Origin: Squalus acanthias
Taxonomy: Eukaryota
DNA length: 64,000 nucleotides
Assembly (NCBI GenBank): GCA_030390025.1
Contig: CM059432.1
Coordinates: forward strand, 129,892,001 to 129,956,000
Direction of reading: 5' to 3'
Shown: positions 1 to 12,742 of the stretch, one piece after another
Layout of the letters: each line of letters opens with the position of its first letter
Position numbering within the stretch: position 1 is the first letter of the stretch
Notes under the pieces: model-generated
The model's input: only the letters and a program-made list of their open reading frames with translations
Databases searched by the model: none
Told to the model about the DNA's origin: nothing
Program-made: the position numbers and the translations under genes

Positions 1-189
1 CATTTTAAAAGATTTTACCCCTTAGTTCCCATGGTGGATATGTCGTTCTTGTTGAAGCTGTCATTGGGGTAGTGCTGCATGAGGGAGGATTTTGCAACTG
101 TCGAATCTCCAATGACCAGCGGTATATTCCGCTCAAAAAAACTAAACACTAATGGGACACATGGATGAATAAAGCCATAAGGGAAAATT

Positions 190-2038
190 GAGGGTAAGGA
201 TAGAGGCATGCATTAAGTACATGGACAGCAGGGGAGAGCATGATAAGGGAGAATACAAAGAGATTAGGAGAGAAGTCAAAATAACAATTAGGAAGGCAAA
301 GAGGAACTATGAAATTAAATTATCAAGGAACATAAAACAAAATACTAAAATATTTTACAGGCACCTAAATAAAAAAAGGAAGGTCGGGATGGGAATAGGG
401 CCATTAATGGATGGATAGGATAATACCACAGGCAGCGATAAAGAGATGGCAGAAATATTAAATAATTACTTTGCTTCAGTATTTACCAGGGAGAGAGAAC
501 AGGTGGACATGACATTGGATGATGAGATTAGTAATGAAATAACTGCATTTAAAATAAAAAGAGGAACTATATTAAATAACTAATCAAACTCAAAGAGGAA
601 AAAAACCCTGGTCCAGACAGATTACATCCACGCATTTTAAAAGAATCTAGGGAAGAGATAGCAGAGGCACTATTACACATATTTAATAATTCATTAGAAA
701 AAGGTGTAGTGCCAGAGGACTGGCGGATAGCTAATATAATATCTGTATTTAACAAGGGAAATAGAACATGTCCAGGGAACTATAGACCAGTCAGCTTAAC
801 ATTGGTGGTAGGAAAAATAAAGGAGAAAATAGAAGAACATCTAGAAACCAAAAATATAATAATGAATAGTAAGTATGGATTTCAAAACGGAAAGTCTTAC
901 TTGACCAACCTCATTGAATTTTTTGAAGAGGTAACAGAGAGAGTAGACAAGGGTAATGCAGTAGATGTAATTTATTTAGATTTTCAAAAGGCCTTCGATA
1001 AGGTAGCATATAATAGACTAATGAATAAGGTCAGAGAATGCAGAGTCAGGGGACAGCTAGCTGACTTCAAGACAGAAAGCAATGATTAGGGGTAAAAGGT
1101 AGCTATTCACAGTGGCAGAAGGTGGGTAGTGGTGTTTCACAAGGATCAGTGCTGGGCCCACTGTTGTTCACAATTTATATTAACAATTTGGACTTCGGAA
1201 TCAAAAACACAATTTCTAAATTTGCGGATGACACCAAATTGGGATAACCAATACTGAGGAGGAGAGCAACAAATTACAGGAGGACATTAATAAACTTGCA
1301 GAATGGGCATATAATTGGCAAATGAATTTCAACACAGATAAATGTGAGGTATTACATTTTGGTAGGAAGAATAGGGAGGTCTTATTACTTGGAGGGTGCG
1401 AGTCTCGGTGGGGTAGAAGAGCAAAGGGATCTCGGAGTACAAATACACAAATCGCTAAAAGTAGCAACACAGGTTAACAAAGTTATGCTAAACTTGAACG
1501 AACCTTGATTAGACCACACTTGGAGTACTGCATACAATTCTGGTCGCCATATTATAAAAAGGATATAGAGGCACTGGAGAGGGTGCAGAGAAGATTTACA
1601 AGGATGATACCAGAAATGTGAGGGTATACCTATCACGAAAGGATGAACAGGGTGGGTTTCTTTTCTCTTGAAAAAAGAAGGCTGAGTGGTAATCTAATAG
1701 AGGTCTATAAAATTATGAAAGGTTTTGATAGAGTAGATACAGAGAGAGTGTTTCCATTTGTGGGAAGAGCATAACTAGAGGCCATCAATATAAGCTAGTC
1801 ACCAAGAAATCCAATAGGGAATTCAGAAGAAACTTCTTTACCCAAAGAGTGGTGAGAATGTGGAACTTACTACCACAGGGAGTAGTTGAGGCAAATAGTA
1901 TAGATGCATTTAAGGGGAGGCTAGATAAGCATATGAGGGAGAAGGGAATAGAGGGTTATCCTGATAGAGTTAGATGAGGAAAGATGGGAGGAGGCTTAAG
2001 TGGAGCATAAATGCCGGCATGGACTGGTTGGGCCTGAA
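190..2038 (+). mobile_element. CR1 LINE, 5'-truncated and degenerate (ORF2 RT + 3' UTR)
   Basis: ORF 709-1089 has PGNYRPVSLT and VDVIYLDFQKAFDKV; QGSVLGP and FADD motifs follow in other frames; ends in a short tail repeat cctatgtaatcctatgt. Confidence 0.93.
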
Positions 2039-3929
2039 AGGCCTGTTTCTGTGCCGTATATCCTATGTAATCCTATGTCAATCACCATGTCCAGTCCTGA
2101 CTGATTCTGGTTGCAATGTATGAGCACAGCATCAGATCCTTCTTCAACATCAGTTTCCCTCAATGACAAAGAAACCTTATCCCAACCATTGTTAGCTCAG
2201 AATTTTTATTTAATGGCTTAATCTGTATAAAACATTTTTAATTCTTACTTCTTTTCCTTCTGCTCATGCCTCATAGCTGCCCTTTGTAAATTTTCCACCT
2301 GTTTGTTACGTGACATATGTTGTCACTCTGAGTGCAGTAATTCCATAGCAACAGGGTGGATACCATACCTCCCATGATGCATCTCTCTCATACATACAAG
2401 GTGTGTCAAGAGAAACTGGAACTCCCTAGTGCCCAAAGGCCCATGTTAAATGAGCCACGTGCAAGATTCAAACTCTGGCCCCGCAGAGTGATGCAGGCAT
2501 TTGTGGGAGAAACATCTTGTAATCTATTGAAAGTCTTGTGTAGAGTGTATAGTTTCTGTTAGTGTCATATTTCCTGTAACACTTTCCACGCCATACTTTT
2601 ATAAAACAGCGTATTCTCTGGCTCACATAAGCAACGCCACGCGATCTGCTAGTGACTTTGATATGTAAATGTATGAATCATGATTGGGCATATACAAAAA
2701 TTCATTTTATTTAAGGGGGGAGAGGTTCATTGTGGCACTGCATGGCTAGCCAACTGCTGAGAAGGCATACTCAGCATAATTAGTTAGCATCTTAGTCTTC
2801 ATTTAATTATGAGAAGCTAGGAATCCCCACTTGCCTCATCCACCATTGTGAGCATGATACAGAGTAATTATACAGCCTCAGCTCAAGGTGTTGCACTCTC
2901 GATCCAGAAACTAGTAGTGAATGACTCACAAGAAGGAGAAAAATTATGTTTACTCGTTATGAAACTTTATTTGCAACGTATAACCTTGAGTATGAACCTT
3001 CTCACTTTCTGTGATCTTACAGGACTGATACATTTGAGGTAATGTAAGAATATGTTTTTATCCTTTGTTTCAAATTACTGATCAAACCGGTTTTTTGATA
3101 TAACTGTAAGGCAACATAGCTGTTTTCTTAGTGCAACATTCCCTATTGGTTTCCTATGGGCTGCTTTGGATTCTATGCAAGACAACACCATAAGTCAACT
3201 GAATCATTCTTTTTATGTCTCTACAGTGAGACATCATCAGCTTGGGGAGATATCAATCGTCACAGAATAAATGCAAACAGCAAGTATTCACTTCTGTCTT
3301 TATCACTGCACTCACTTATCTCAGGATTTGAGAAACAATTTATATTTTTCACACATTATTTGGAAAAGATTTTGAAACCCTCAAGGATTCAGTTCCATCA
3401 AGTAATCAAAAGATAATGAAGGGCGATCTAAGCAAGTAATGTACTGCTTTGTTCCTCAAAGTTTTTCCTTTCGTCTGTGCCTTTTTAGTACAAATATGAT
3501 TTTACCTCTAACATTTCAGAATTATAAGTGCTGATGTGTTGCACAGTGAGCTTTTGTATGTATCAGTGTAGTATGACTTTGAATTTTAAAATTCTGGAAG
3601 CATTTCAAATCTTCCTGGCCTTATTATGTAACCATAGTGTGCAGCATGCTCCTCAGGACACCTGACATTGCCAAGATATTATAAACACTTGCAGAGGCAT
3701 CAGCTTATTCCAGTTTGATTCATTTGAACTTCTAGACAAGGATTTTCAAGTATGTTAATGTAGATCTGTGTCCTGGTATCTGCAGTGGCAGGGCATTGAG
3801 CTCCCATTCCAAATGACTATACATGAATATATATTTCAATTAACTCTACCTTGGTGGTTGTGTGGCCCTTTTCACCAAATCTCACCTTGGTCTCTTCCAC
3901 TACTCCTCTGGCACCTACTCCTCCTTTGA

Positions 3930-4240
3930 GCACCTTGTTCCTTCCCTCTCACCTCTCTTTTAAAATCATTCTTTACGGCCACCCCAACCCCCACTCTGAG
4001 TTTCTCACCGAGATATGTTCACTCCTTTCCTCCTCTTTATTGATGATTTCAATTTCCATCTCACCTTGCCCTTCCTCCTCTGAATTCACTGCCCGCCTGT
4101 CCCCTGTTCAACCTCTCCCTCCTTATAAACTCTCCTACCCATAATTACTGCCATCCCCTTGACCTTGCCATCTCTCTACTCCCATCAGCTTGTTCACAGA
4201 CAAGGCCATCTCTGACCACTTCCTTGTATTTCTCACTGCT
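3930..4240 (+). mobile_element. L2-type LINE endonuclease fragment, decayed
   Basis: Pyrimidine-rich; translates in pieces to IILY..P..HSEFLTE, HPLDLAIS and ISDHFLV (AP-endonuclease SDH motif). Confidence 0.55.
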
Positions 4241-5084
4241 CACACCTCCCTGCCAATCCCACCGTTGTAGTGTTAATACGCACAATTCGTTGTACTTCCC
4301 ACTACAATAATGCTCCTATTCTGGGGCTAAACACACATGACTCAACATGCATATCCCTAAACGAAATGAAATTAGCCGCCCGTTATACTTCCTTCTCATG
4401 GCAGTCAATGAAAGGGAAAATCGGACGGGGTATATAATGAGCCACTAATTCAACGCCGTCTATTTTACATCATTGGGCACAGTTACAATTACCCTCAGTC
4501 GGTGCTATATGCGGTGGTCAGTGATAGAAAAAATGGAAAAGTCAATTACTGCTAAGTATTGTAATCTATTTTCCAAATATTATATTCGTTTATCAAGAAT
4601 TCATAATAAAATATTAATAATTTCAGGTTGCACAATTCGTTGCACGTTTTCAACTGTGATGGAAAGGTGATAGGTAAAATATTTTAACTGTAACTTTGTA
4701 GATTCTTATAGAATCACAAAGGGAGACTTTCAACTGCAGGCAACCTGTTTCTCACCCGAAAACTGGTAGAGCGGCAGTTGAAAATCCGACGGGGCCCTTG
4801 CGCAGTTATTTGCCCGCCTGAACCAACTTGCAGGCAGGGCTTTAAATGGGCACCCAGCACTCTCGACCAGAATGGGCGGGAGGTTGTTTAAATATGCAAA
4901 TCGAATCCGATGCCTGTTGTAGGACCCCGGTTGAAACTTTCAAGGAGAAACGGACGAAGCATGTGCACGTATGACAGTCCCAATTTCAGGCCTCCCAATT
5001 GGCGCATTGGGCGGGTGTCGTGGACCTTCGCCGATATCGTTCCCATTTGATGCCCAAGACAAAAGTCTTCCCCATTGAAACTGG

Positions 5085-5370
5085 TAGCACAGAAAGAGAC
5101 CATTCAGCCTATCATGCCTGTGCCAGCTCTCCGGAAAAGCTATCTACTTAGTCCCATTAACACTACCCTTTCCCCATACCCTTTTAAATTTTTCCCTTAC
5201 CTATATTTATCCACTCCTCTGTCAAGAGCTATTATGAAAACAGCTTCCAGCACGATTCTTGGTAGGATGTTGAGCACCCTAACAACATTTCTAAAACCTC
5301 TCTCTTCATTCTATTGATGATTTGAAATTTTTGCCTTCTGGTTACCAACTCATCAACCAATGGAAATAGT
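5085..5370 (-). mobile_element. CR1 3' end fragment
   Basis: Resembles the reverse complement of the CR1 3' ends at 1800-2040 and 28718-28960. Confidence 0.6.
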
Positions 5371-5569
5371 GGCCTGGTTATTAACAGGGGTGGGTTATGT
5401 AGATGGGGAGGCGGAGTTTCGGACGGGAAACCCGGAAGTCCGGGTTGCTCCGCATGCTGTGGAGTTTTAACTCCACAATGTGCATCTTTTGGCCCTGATA
5501 GGTTCCCCGCCTGATTGGCAGGCTTGTCTTCCAGTCGGGCGGGGAGCACTCTGGCCACCAGACCAAGTA

Positions 5570-6105
5570 GGTCCGATCCCTGACCCTGGGTGGGGTCCGA
5601 TTCTGGGGGATCCAATCCCGACCCTGGGGGGATCAATCTCGACCCCGGGGAGATCCAATCTTGATCCCGAGGGGGTCCGATCCCATGGGGAAGGTCCGGT
5701 CCCCAACCCCAAGGGAGGTCCGCTCCCAGGGTATCCGATCCTGACCCCGGTGGGGTCCGATCCCGACCCCGGGGGAGGAGGGGGGCAGGGTCCAATCCCA
5801 ATCCCTGGGGATCTGATCCCGATCCTGGAGTTGTCCAATCCCAGGGGCAATCCGATCACTGACCCGGCGGTGGGGTCCGATCCTGACCCCGGGGGCAGGG
5901 TCTGATCTGGGGGGTGGCGGGGGGTCCGATCCCGATCCCTGGGGATCTGATCCCGATCCCAGGGGTGTCCAATCCCAGGGGCGATCCAATCACCGACCTG
6001 GGGTTGGGGTCCGATCCTGACCCTGGGAGTGGGAGGTCCGATCCAGTGGGGGAGTGGCGGTCTGGTCCCCGACCCCGAGGGAGATCCAATCCCCGACCCC
6101 GGGGG
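5570..6105. repeat. GC-rich degenerate array of short hairpin-like units (GGGGTC-CGATCCC-GACCCC)
   Basis: Unit and variants recur throughout; internal duplication of ~5750-5890 at ~5920-6025. Confidence 0.85.
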
Positions 6106-6442
6106 CCTTTGTATGGCTGCAGAGCTTGGGGGGCCGGGGGGAAGCTTAACTGTGATGGAATATAGTTTCAGATTGTCTTTTCAAATTTATAATCATAAAT
6201 TCCCTGTTGTGTTGGTCATGGGTAGATTGGGGCATGGGCCAGGGAATAGAAAAGCTGTTTGGGGAATGCAGCACGAAGAGTGGAGTGGAGCTATAGTGTG
6301 AGGAATGTAACAAAGGGGGATGGGAATGGAACCGATAAGTGGTGAGACTGGAGAGGGGCGGAAGAATTTAAGGTTAGAGTTGAAGAGAGGATGGAATAGG
6401 GTCAGTTTCTTGTTATCTGACAACCATTTCAGCTGTGGTATT

Positions 6443-6905
6443 TCAGCTGTGGCTCAGTTGGTAGCACACTCGCCTCGGAGTCAGAAGGTTGTGGGTTCAA
6501 GTCCCACTCGCAGAGACTTGAGCACAAAAATCTATGGCTGTCACTCCAATGCAGTCCTGAGGGAGTGCTGCACTGTCAGAGGTGCCGTCTTTCGATGAGA
6601 TGTTAAACCGAGGTCCTGTCTGCTCTCTCAGGTGGATGTAAAAGATCCCATGGCACTATTTCGAAGAAGTACAGGGGAGTTATCCCCGGTGTCCTGGCCA
6701 ATATTTATCCCTCAATCAAGATAACAAAAACAGATTATCTGGTCATTATCACATTGCTGTTCATGGGAGCTTGCTGTGCGCAAATTGGCTGCTGCGTTTC
6801 CTACATTACAACAGTGACAACACTTCAAAAAGTACTTCATTGGCTGTAAAATGATTTGGGACGTCTGGTGGTTGTGAAAGGCGCTATATAATGCAACTCT
6901 TTCTT
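6443..6905 (+). mobile_element. tRNA-derived Deu-domain SINE (SacSINE1/AmnSINE1-like), full length
   Basis: A box TGGCTCAGTTGG (6450-6461), B box GGTTCAAGTCC (6494-6504), core gatgtaaaagatcccatggcactatt, LINE-like tail aaaggcgctatata..tctttcttt. Confidence 0.85.
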
Positions 6906-7846
6906 TAACTAGAGGCAAGAAGGTCCAGGGCCAGGGGCAGGTGGAAGTATTAGCGGGGCTTGAGTATAGCAGGGAGACTGAGGCTGAGGACAGGAGTGGA
7001 AACTTGATGTTGAGGTTGGGTTGGAGGCTGGTTAGAGCAAGTTTGCACGATGATTATGAGCTCATATATTACAATCCCTTGAATACAGATGGTTACATCA
7101 TTTTTGGTGCCAAAATTACTTCAAATGTAATGCAAAAGTTCGTGCTTACTCTGTTTTAGTGCTGACAGATTTATTTGCTTCACTAAACCAACCAGATGGC
7201 TTACAATGAGCTCTTAGAATGGCCAGTCTTGCTGTTAATCGCTTAGAAACTGCTAGGGGGAAAAATTCGGTTGGTTTGCACCTCCCGTTAACGCCCTAAG
7301 AGGGCGCTAATGGGGCGCATAGCAACTAGCGCCCGGGTGCGGCGATGTTTGCACCACTCGCGAAATTGACTAGAGGTTTTGTGGCGGCACAAAAGTTTAC
7401 CGCCCCGATCTCCTGCGCCCGCAGATCGTGACGTCAGTCGCGCGTGCAACGCCCTGGTGGCGCCCCGGAACGGATATTGAGTGGCACCCCCCTCCTTTCT
7501 GCCTGCCGCAAGCAACAACAGGGAGACTGGAACGTTTCCCAGTCGGTGAGGGGCTGGGGGGGAGGCTATTTAAAGGTGCCCTCTTCCTGGCTTTTTTTGT
7601 GGGAGACATTTTTGCACCACTTATTCTGACAGAGAGAGAGATTCTGAGAGACAGAGAGAGAGGCTTCTGCATAGAGTCAACGCTGTGTGAAGTAGTTTTG
7701 GCTACTGAGCATCACTTTGCAGCTACTTCTGGATTTGACCTTCATTACTTCGATTGTCAAGAAACTTTGGGGGCTTCACTGATTCGGGGCGTCATCCTGC
7801 GCCTGCAGAATCGAGGCAACAGAGACGCAGAGAGAGAGTGGCAATC

Positions 7847-8797
7847 ATGGCCAGATGGAGGAGGGCCAACAGGCCTCTGCACAGGAGACCTTACCCTCCC
7901 AGGGTATTCTGGGAACAATTCTCCGACATTAATTTGTCTGAGGAGCAGTGTTTGCGCAGGCTACGCTTCAGCAAGGAGGTGGTCACTGAGCTCTGCCACC
8001 TGCTGCAGCCAGATCTGCAGCCTCAACTGAGGACCAGGACGTCTCTGTCAGTGGCAGTGAAGATCACAGTGGCTCTGAATTTTTATGCCACCGGCTCCTT
8101 TCAAGCATCTACTTGGGACATCGCCAATATCTCCCAGTTCGCAGTCCATTGCTGTATCCGTCAGGTCACAAATGCCCTCTATAAAAGGAGACGCCAGTAC
8201 ATCTCTTTCCCGATGACCCGGGCCAAACAGCATGAACGCGCATTGGGCTTTGCGAGGATAGCGGGCTTCCCCATGGTGCAGGGTGCCATTGACTGCACGC
8301 ATGTGGAATTACGGGCACCGCATGAGAATGCAGAGGTTTTCCGAAACCGCAAGGGGTTCCACTCCTTAAACTTCCAGTTGGTCTGTGACCACAGACAGCT
8401 AATACTCGCTGTCAATGCCTGCTATCCTGGCAGCAGCCATGATGCTTTCATCCTGCGCCAGACTGGTGTGCCAGAACTTTTTCAGGCACCGCATCAGCCA
8501 AGTGGTTGGCTCCTCGGGGACAAGGGTTATCCACTCTGCACCTGGCTGATGACACTGCTCCGTAACCCCAACATCCCTGCTGAGCTGCGGTACAATGAGA
8601 GCCATCTCGCCACCAGGAACATCGTTGAGCAGACAATCGGCGTGCTCAAGCAACGGTTCCGCTGTCTGGACCACTCAGGAGGAGCCCTGCAGTACTCGCC
8701 TGAGCGAGTCTCCCTCTTCATAGTTGTGTGCTGCATTCTTCATAACCTGGCAATCCTCAGGACCCAGCCAATGCCACCAGGTCTTGGAGCACCACCG

Positions 8798-8832
<35 letters not shown>

Positions 8833-8929
8833 GGAGGATGATCAGCAGCAGCACCAAGGCGGGAGGGAGGCCCACAATGTTGAAACTGCAATGGCCGTCC
8901 GTCAACGACTGATAACAAGCTGCTTCTAG
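7847..8929 (+). CDS. Harbinger DDE transposase (HARBI1-like), open frame
   Basis: [60 protein letters not shown] and an acidic tail. First ATG is 7847; the true start may lie upstream across a frameshift. Confidence 0.93.
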
Positions 8930-9125
8930 GCCCCTACAGAGGAAATGGCTTCTGGCATGGAGAACAACATGAATGAAAGCAACCCGCAACCCCAAAGCTG
9001 GCCAAGGCAGCAATGATTCCAAAGGCCAAACCTGTACATTTTGAATACAAAAACTTTTTTATTTTACAAACTCTGTGTGTCATTTCTTCATGACAAACTA
9101 ATAGAAACAAACACAAAAAATCATT

Positions 9126-10766
9126 GGCCCAGAAATTAAAGACGGAGCCTTCGTGCGGGGGTAAGGCTTCCCCGCGATATCTCACTGCGCACCTGCCTTT
9201 TCATTCCGAGCTCGCACGAATTTGATTTTCTAGACAGCAGCTGTGCAGTGCTTCCGTATCCCACAGGCGCAGTTAATTCGTGCGAGCTGTGGGATCACGT
9301 GATTCAGTTAGAGCCAATGGCAGCACACCATCTTTCATTCATAGTTTTCACAGCAAGTGCTGTGAAAGCTATGAATCTATACCCTCTCAAAAGAACAGCT
9401 AAACCTCAATTAAATTTTAAAAAAAAACCATCACATTAATAAAATAAGTATAGTTAAATAAATTAACCACTTTAAACAAAAAATTAAATTTTTGAAAAAA
9501 TTTAAAGGGGTAGAAATTAGGTCGCGCCCCATTTGGGGCGCAAATATCGTCTGGACGCAAATATTAGCGCCTGGCGCTAATTATCGGCACTGACTGGAAA
9601 CTTCACTTTTACCGCCCCGGGAGGTGAGTGGAGCGCTAAAGCAGGCGCTGCACACCTGTCTTAAGGCGCAAAGGCCGAGCAGTGAGGCGCTAACTCAGAG
9701 CGCTGGCGAAGCTCATGTAATGTCAGTCAGCAATGGAACACACACACAATGGCACGGGCCAGTTCTTAAAGGGGATGGTTAATCTTGCTTTCCATCCACA
9801 TCCTGTTCATTGCAGCCTTGAATCTCGGCCTGGAGAGACTTGCACATCAAATGTGCTGGAAAGAACAATGGAGAGTACCAGGCAAAGAGCTCAGAGTGCA
9901 GCTCCCACAGTCTCTGCTAAATCGATACAAGGAATGGCAAATCAAAATGAACCTGCAAAGTGCTGCTCAGTACCCAAAACTCCTTCACACAACGTTGAAT
10001 CTCTCCAGAAGTCTCTCCCTCTCTCTCTCAGAATGCGTAGTTCAAAAATGCCACCAACAATAAAAAACAGGAAGAGGCCCCCTTTAAATAGCGCCCCCCC
10101 CCAGCCCCACAGCGATTGATAGCGTTCCAGTCTTGTGGTCGTTGGAAGCGCCAGGCGGTAAGGCAGGGGGCGCCACTCAATTTCCGCTCCGGGGCGCCAC
10201 AAGGGCGTTGCACCATGGAATGACGTCACAATCTGCGCGCGCAGGTGGTCGCAGCGGTAAGTTTTAGCGCCGCCGCACAATGTCAAGTTAAGTTCCCGAG
10301 CGGCGCAAACATCGCTGCGCCCGGGCGTTAGCGGCTTTGCGCCCCATTAGCGCCCTCTTAAGGCGCTAACGGGAGGCGCAACCAACTGAATTTTTACCCC
10401 AAAATCTTTTAAAAAGTTATAAAAATAAACTTACCTTTCTTTAAAGTCTCTAAAAAAGATATACCTGTTGAAAAAAATTCAAAATAATACTTAATTAACT
10501 ACTTACCTTGTTAAAAGAGGGTCTTACGCCTCCTTTCTTTATGTGCAAAATCTTCCATGCTTACCTGCGCGTTCAAAGCACTAAGTGCACTGCGTGCGCG
10601 CAGCCTGTAGCGCGCACGCGGTTCACCTAGGAACCGCCCCCTTTTGAAATCACCAAGTGCCGGTTTTCAGCGCATGCGCAGTGCATGCAGAAAACCGGCA
10701 ATTGGAGACAGAATACGCGAGAGTACACAGTGCGTACTCTCGCATAGCGGCACTAATTTTTGGGCC
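9126..10766. mobile_element. Non-autonomous Harbinger-type element (~744 bp without its insert), nested in the 7256-13096 element
   Basis: TIRs GGCCCAGAAATT / AATTTTTGGGCC, TSD ATT (9123-9125, 10767-10769); uninterrupted inverted copy at 14343-15085. Confidence 0.9.
9507..10400 (-). mobile_element. Internally deleted derivative of the 7256-13096 family, inserted in the opposite orientation
   Basis: 9507-~9900 is reverse-complement-similar to 12710-13096 and ~9950-10400 to 7256-7720; TIRs GGGGTAGAAATT / AATTTTTACCCC; TSD AAA. Confidence 0.92.
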
Positions 10767-10882
10767 ATTAATTAACATAACTGGTTCTCACAACCTGGAG
10801 ATAATGTCCAAAACACTAAACAAAAGTTTGAACACGAACCTCGGCCTTTAATAAAAAAATTCCCGACATTTCGTCACACCTC

Positions 10883-12742
10883 CTACTTTTTGCCCTTTGA
10901 GGGTGATCTCCTTCCCTTGCACACTTCCCCCCTTCCCACCCTACTGCTCCTCCATAATGGGGCCCCAGTGGCTGCAGCAAGGCTGCTGGAAGGCTGCTGA
11001 TTGTCAGAACCTGAGACTGCAGATGCCCTTGAAGGACGGCCTCGACCAGCTCTGGGCCTGGAGAGCCTGGCAGCAGACTGCACCAACTCTGCATGGGCAG
11101 CAGCAGTCTGGGCTACAGGCAGTGGCAAGTGCAATGGGGAAGTGACAGTGGTGGGAGCAGGAATGCTGTCATCCTGAGAGAGGACAGCACCTCCCTGCTC
11201 GACCGACACACTGGCACTCCCACGGGGCAGCACTTCAGCATCCGGAGCAATCTGCTGGAGCACAGATTGCTGGCCTGCTGTGGCGCGGTGACAGCCCCGG
11301 GGACATGTGAACGAACCATCGACGATGGCAGCAGTCAGTGCTCGCGTGGTCTCAATCTGAGTCTACATGAGAGCAGTCTGAGATTGGATCACAGCAGCCA
11401 GTGACTGAATTGCAGCACTAAACATTTGCGTGGCATCCGCCTGTCTTGCAGTGGAGTGCTCCACACTCCTCACTAGTGCATCAATGCATTCGGACACCCT
11501 TCCCACTGCACCCATGAGCTGAGTGTGCATGTCCACCGCCTGGGTGTTCATTTCAGCGATGAGCCGCTCCTCCTCTGCGTCCAGTGCAGCAGGACTCGCT
11601 GGCCTACTCTCGCTCCGGGGAGAAGGCCCCTGAGCTTCCCTACCCCCATCGCGTTGCTGCAGCCCGCTGGGTCCTGGAGCTTCACCCTCATCAGACCCTT
11701 CCCCCCTGCTCCCCTCCAGGGAAAACGTGGTCCCAGTGTGGGCATGGACTTCCTCGGGAGAGGGTGGCGCTGATGCTCCAGCTTCCTCTTCCTCCTCGCC
11801 AGAGGCTTCGCTCCCAGTGGCAGCTTGAGGGCCAGTCTCCTCAGCTGGTGAATCACCATCTGAAAGCAGGAAGGTACAAAAGTGGCTTTAGTGTCAGGAC
11901 AGGGGGGCAATAAGGGAGGAAGGAGTGGAGCGATTTAGTAAGTTGGATTGAAAGTGTAAAAGGCTGGTGTTGTGAGGGACAAGTGGGATGAGAGAGGAGA
12001 GAAAGCTGATGACCTTACCATTGCTGTCCCGAACAGGGTCGACCTCTCCAGGGGTGATGGGACCGATCACCTGGCTTGCCACAATCCTGTGGACACGTGC
12101 CTCAAGATCGCTGAGGGGTTGCAGCTGAGGCCGCCCTCCACCCGTCCATTGCTGCTGTCTCCTGTTATGAGATAGCTTGGCCTGCAAGAAAAAGGACAGC
12201 GTCTGAGTAGATATACAACCATGGTCTTGCCTGATGTGCCTCCCATAATTGAAAAGCCATTAATATATGCAGCCATGGTCTTGCCTGATGTGCCTCCCAT
12301 AGTTGAAAAGCCATTAATATATGCAGCCATGGTCTTGCCTGATGTGCCTCCCATAGTTGAATAGCCTTTACTGTATGCAAGGTGTGGAATGTGCATGTGT
12401 GTTTCATGAGAGGGCCATAGGTGTTGGATGAGTGTTGGGCATTGGGGTTTTAAGACCCTCTGGCCATAGGGAGGGATGGAGAGGTATTGAAAAAAAGCCA
12501 CTCACCCTGACAACCCAAGTGAGGTCGTTGAACTTTCTACGACATTGAGCATGGGTCCTGGGCACCATGCTCCTGGAGGAGACGTGCTGAGCCACCTCCC
12601 TCCACACTCTTCTGTAGTCGCGCGGCAAAGGCCTCCTGCCGCTCTCAGGGTAGAGTATAGATCTTCTGCGCTCCACCGCGCCAACCAGAGCCTCCGAGGC
12701 CCGCTCGCTGAAGTGCTGAGCTCGTTCTCTCACCCTCTCCAT
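10883..12742 (-). pseudogene. Harbinger Myb/SANT-like DNA-binding gene, 3 exons (12742-12506, 12181-12019, 11859-10883), one premature stop at 11363-11365
   Basis: MERVRERAQHFS..WREVAQHV..RTHAQCRRKFNDL; GT-AG introns in phases 0 and 1 join in frame; reading continues in frame after a single TAG. Confidence 0.88.
12219..12367. repeat. 54-bp tandem repeat, ~2.7 copies, in intron 1 of the Myb gene
   Basis: catggtcttgcctgatgtgcctcccatagttgaaaagccattaatatatgcagc repeated. Confidence 0.9.

Noticed and set aside
4719..5074. MITE with GGGAGACTTT-like ends
   Set aside because: TIR match is poor and no TSD could be confirmed.
5232..6165. Collagen-like Gly/Pro ORFs
   Set aside because: Open on both strands because of the GC-rich repeat; no sustained Gly-X-Y register.
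6443..6510. tRNA gene
   Set aside because: A and B boxes run straight into a SINE body and tail; it is a SINE head.
7754..8929. Host HARBI1 gene
   Set aside because: Sits between TIRs with a Myb partner, so it is a transposon copy, not the domesticated gene.
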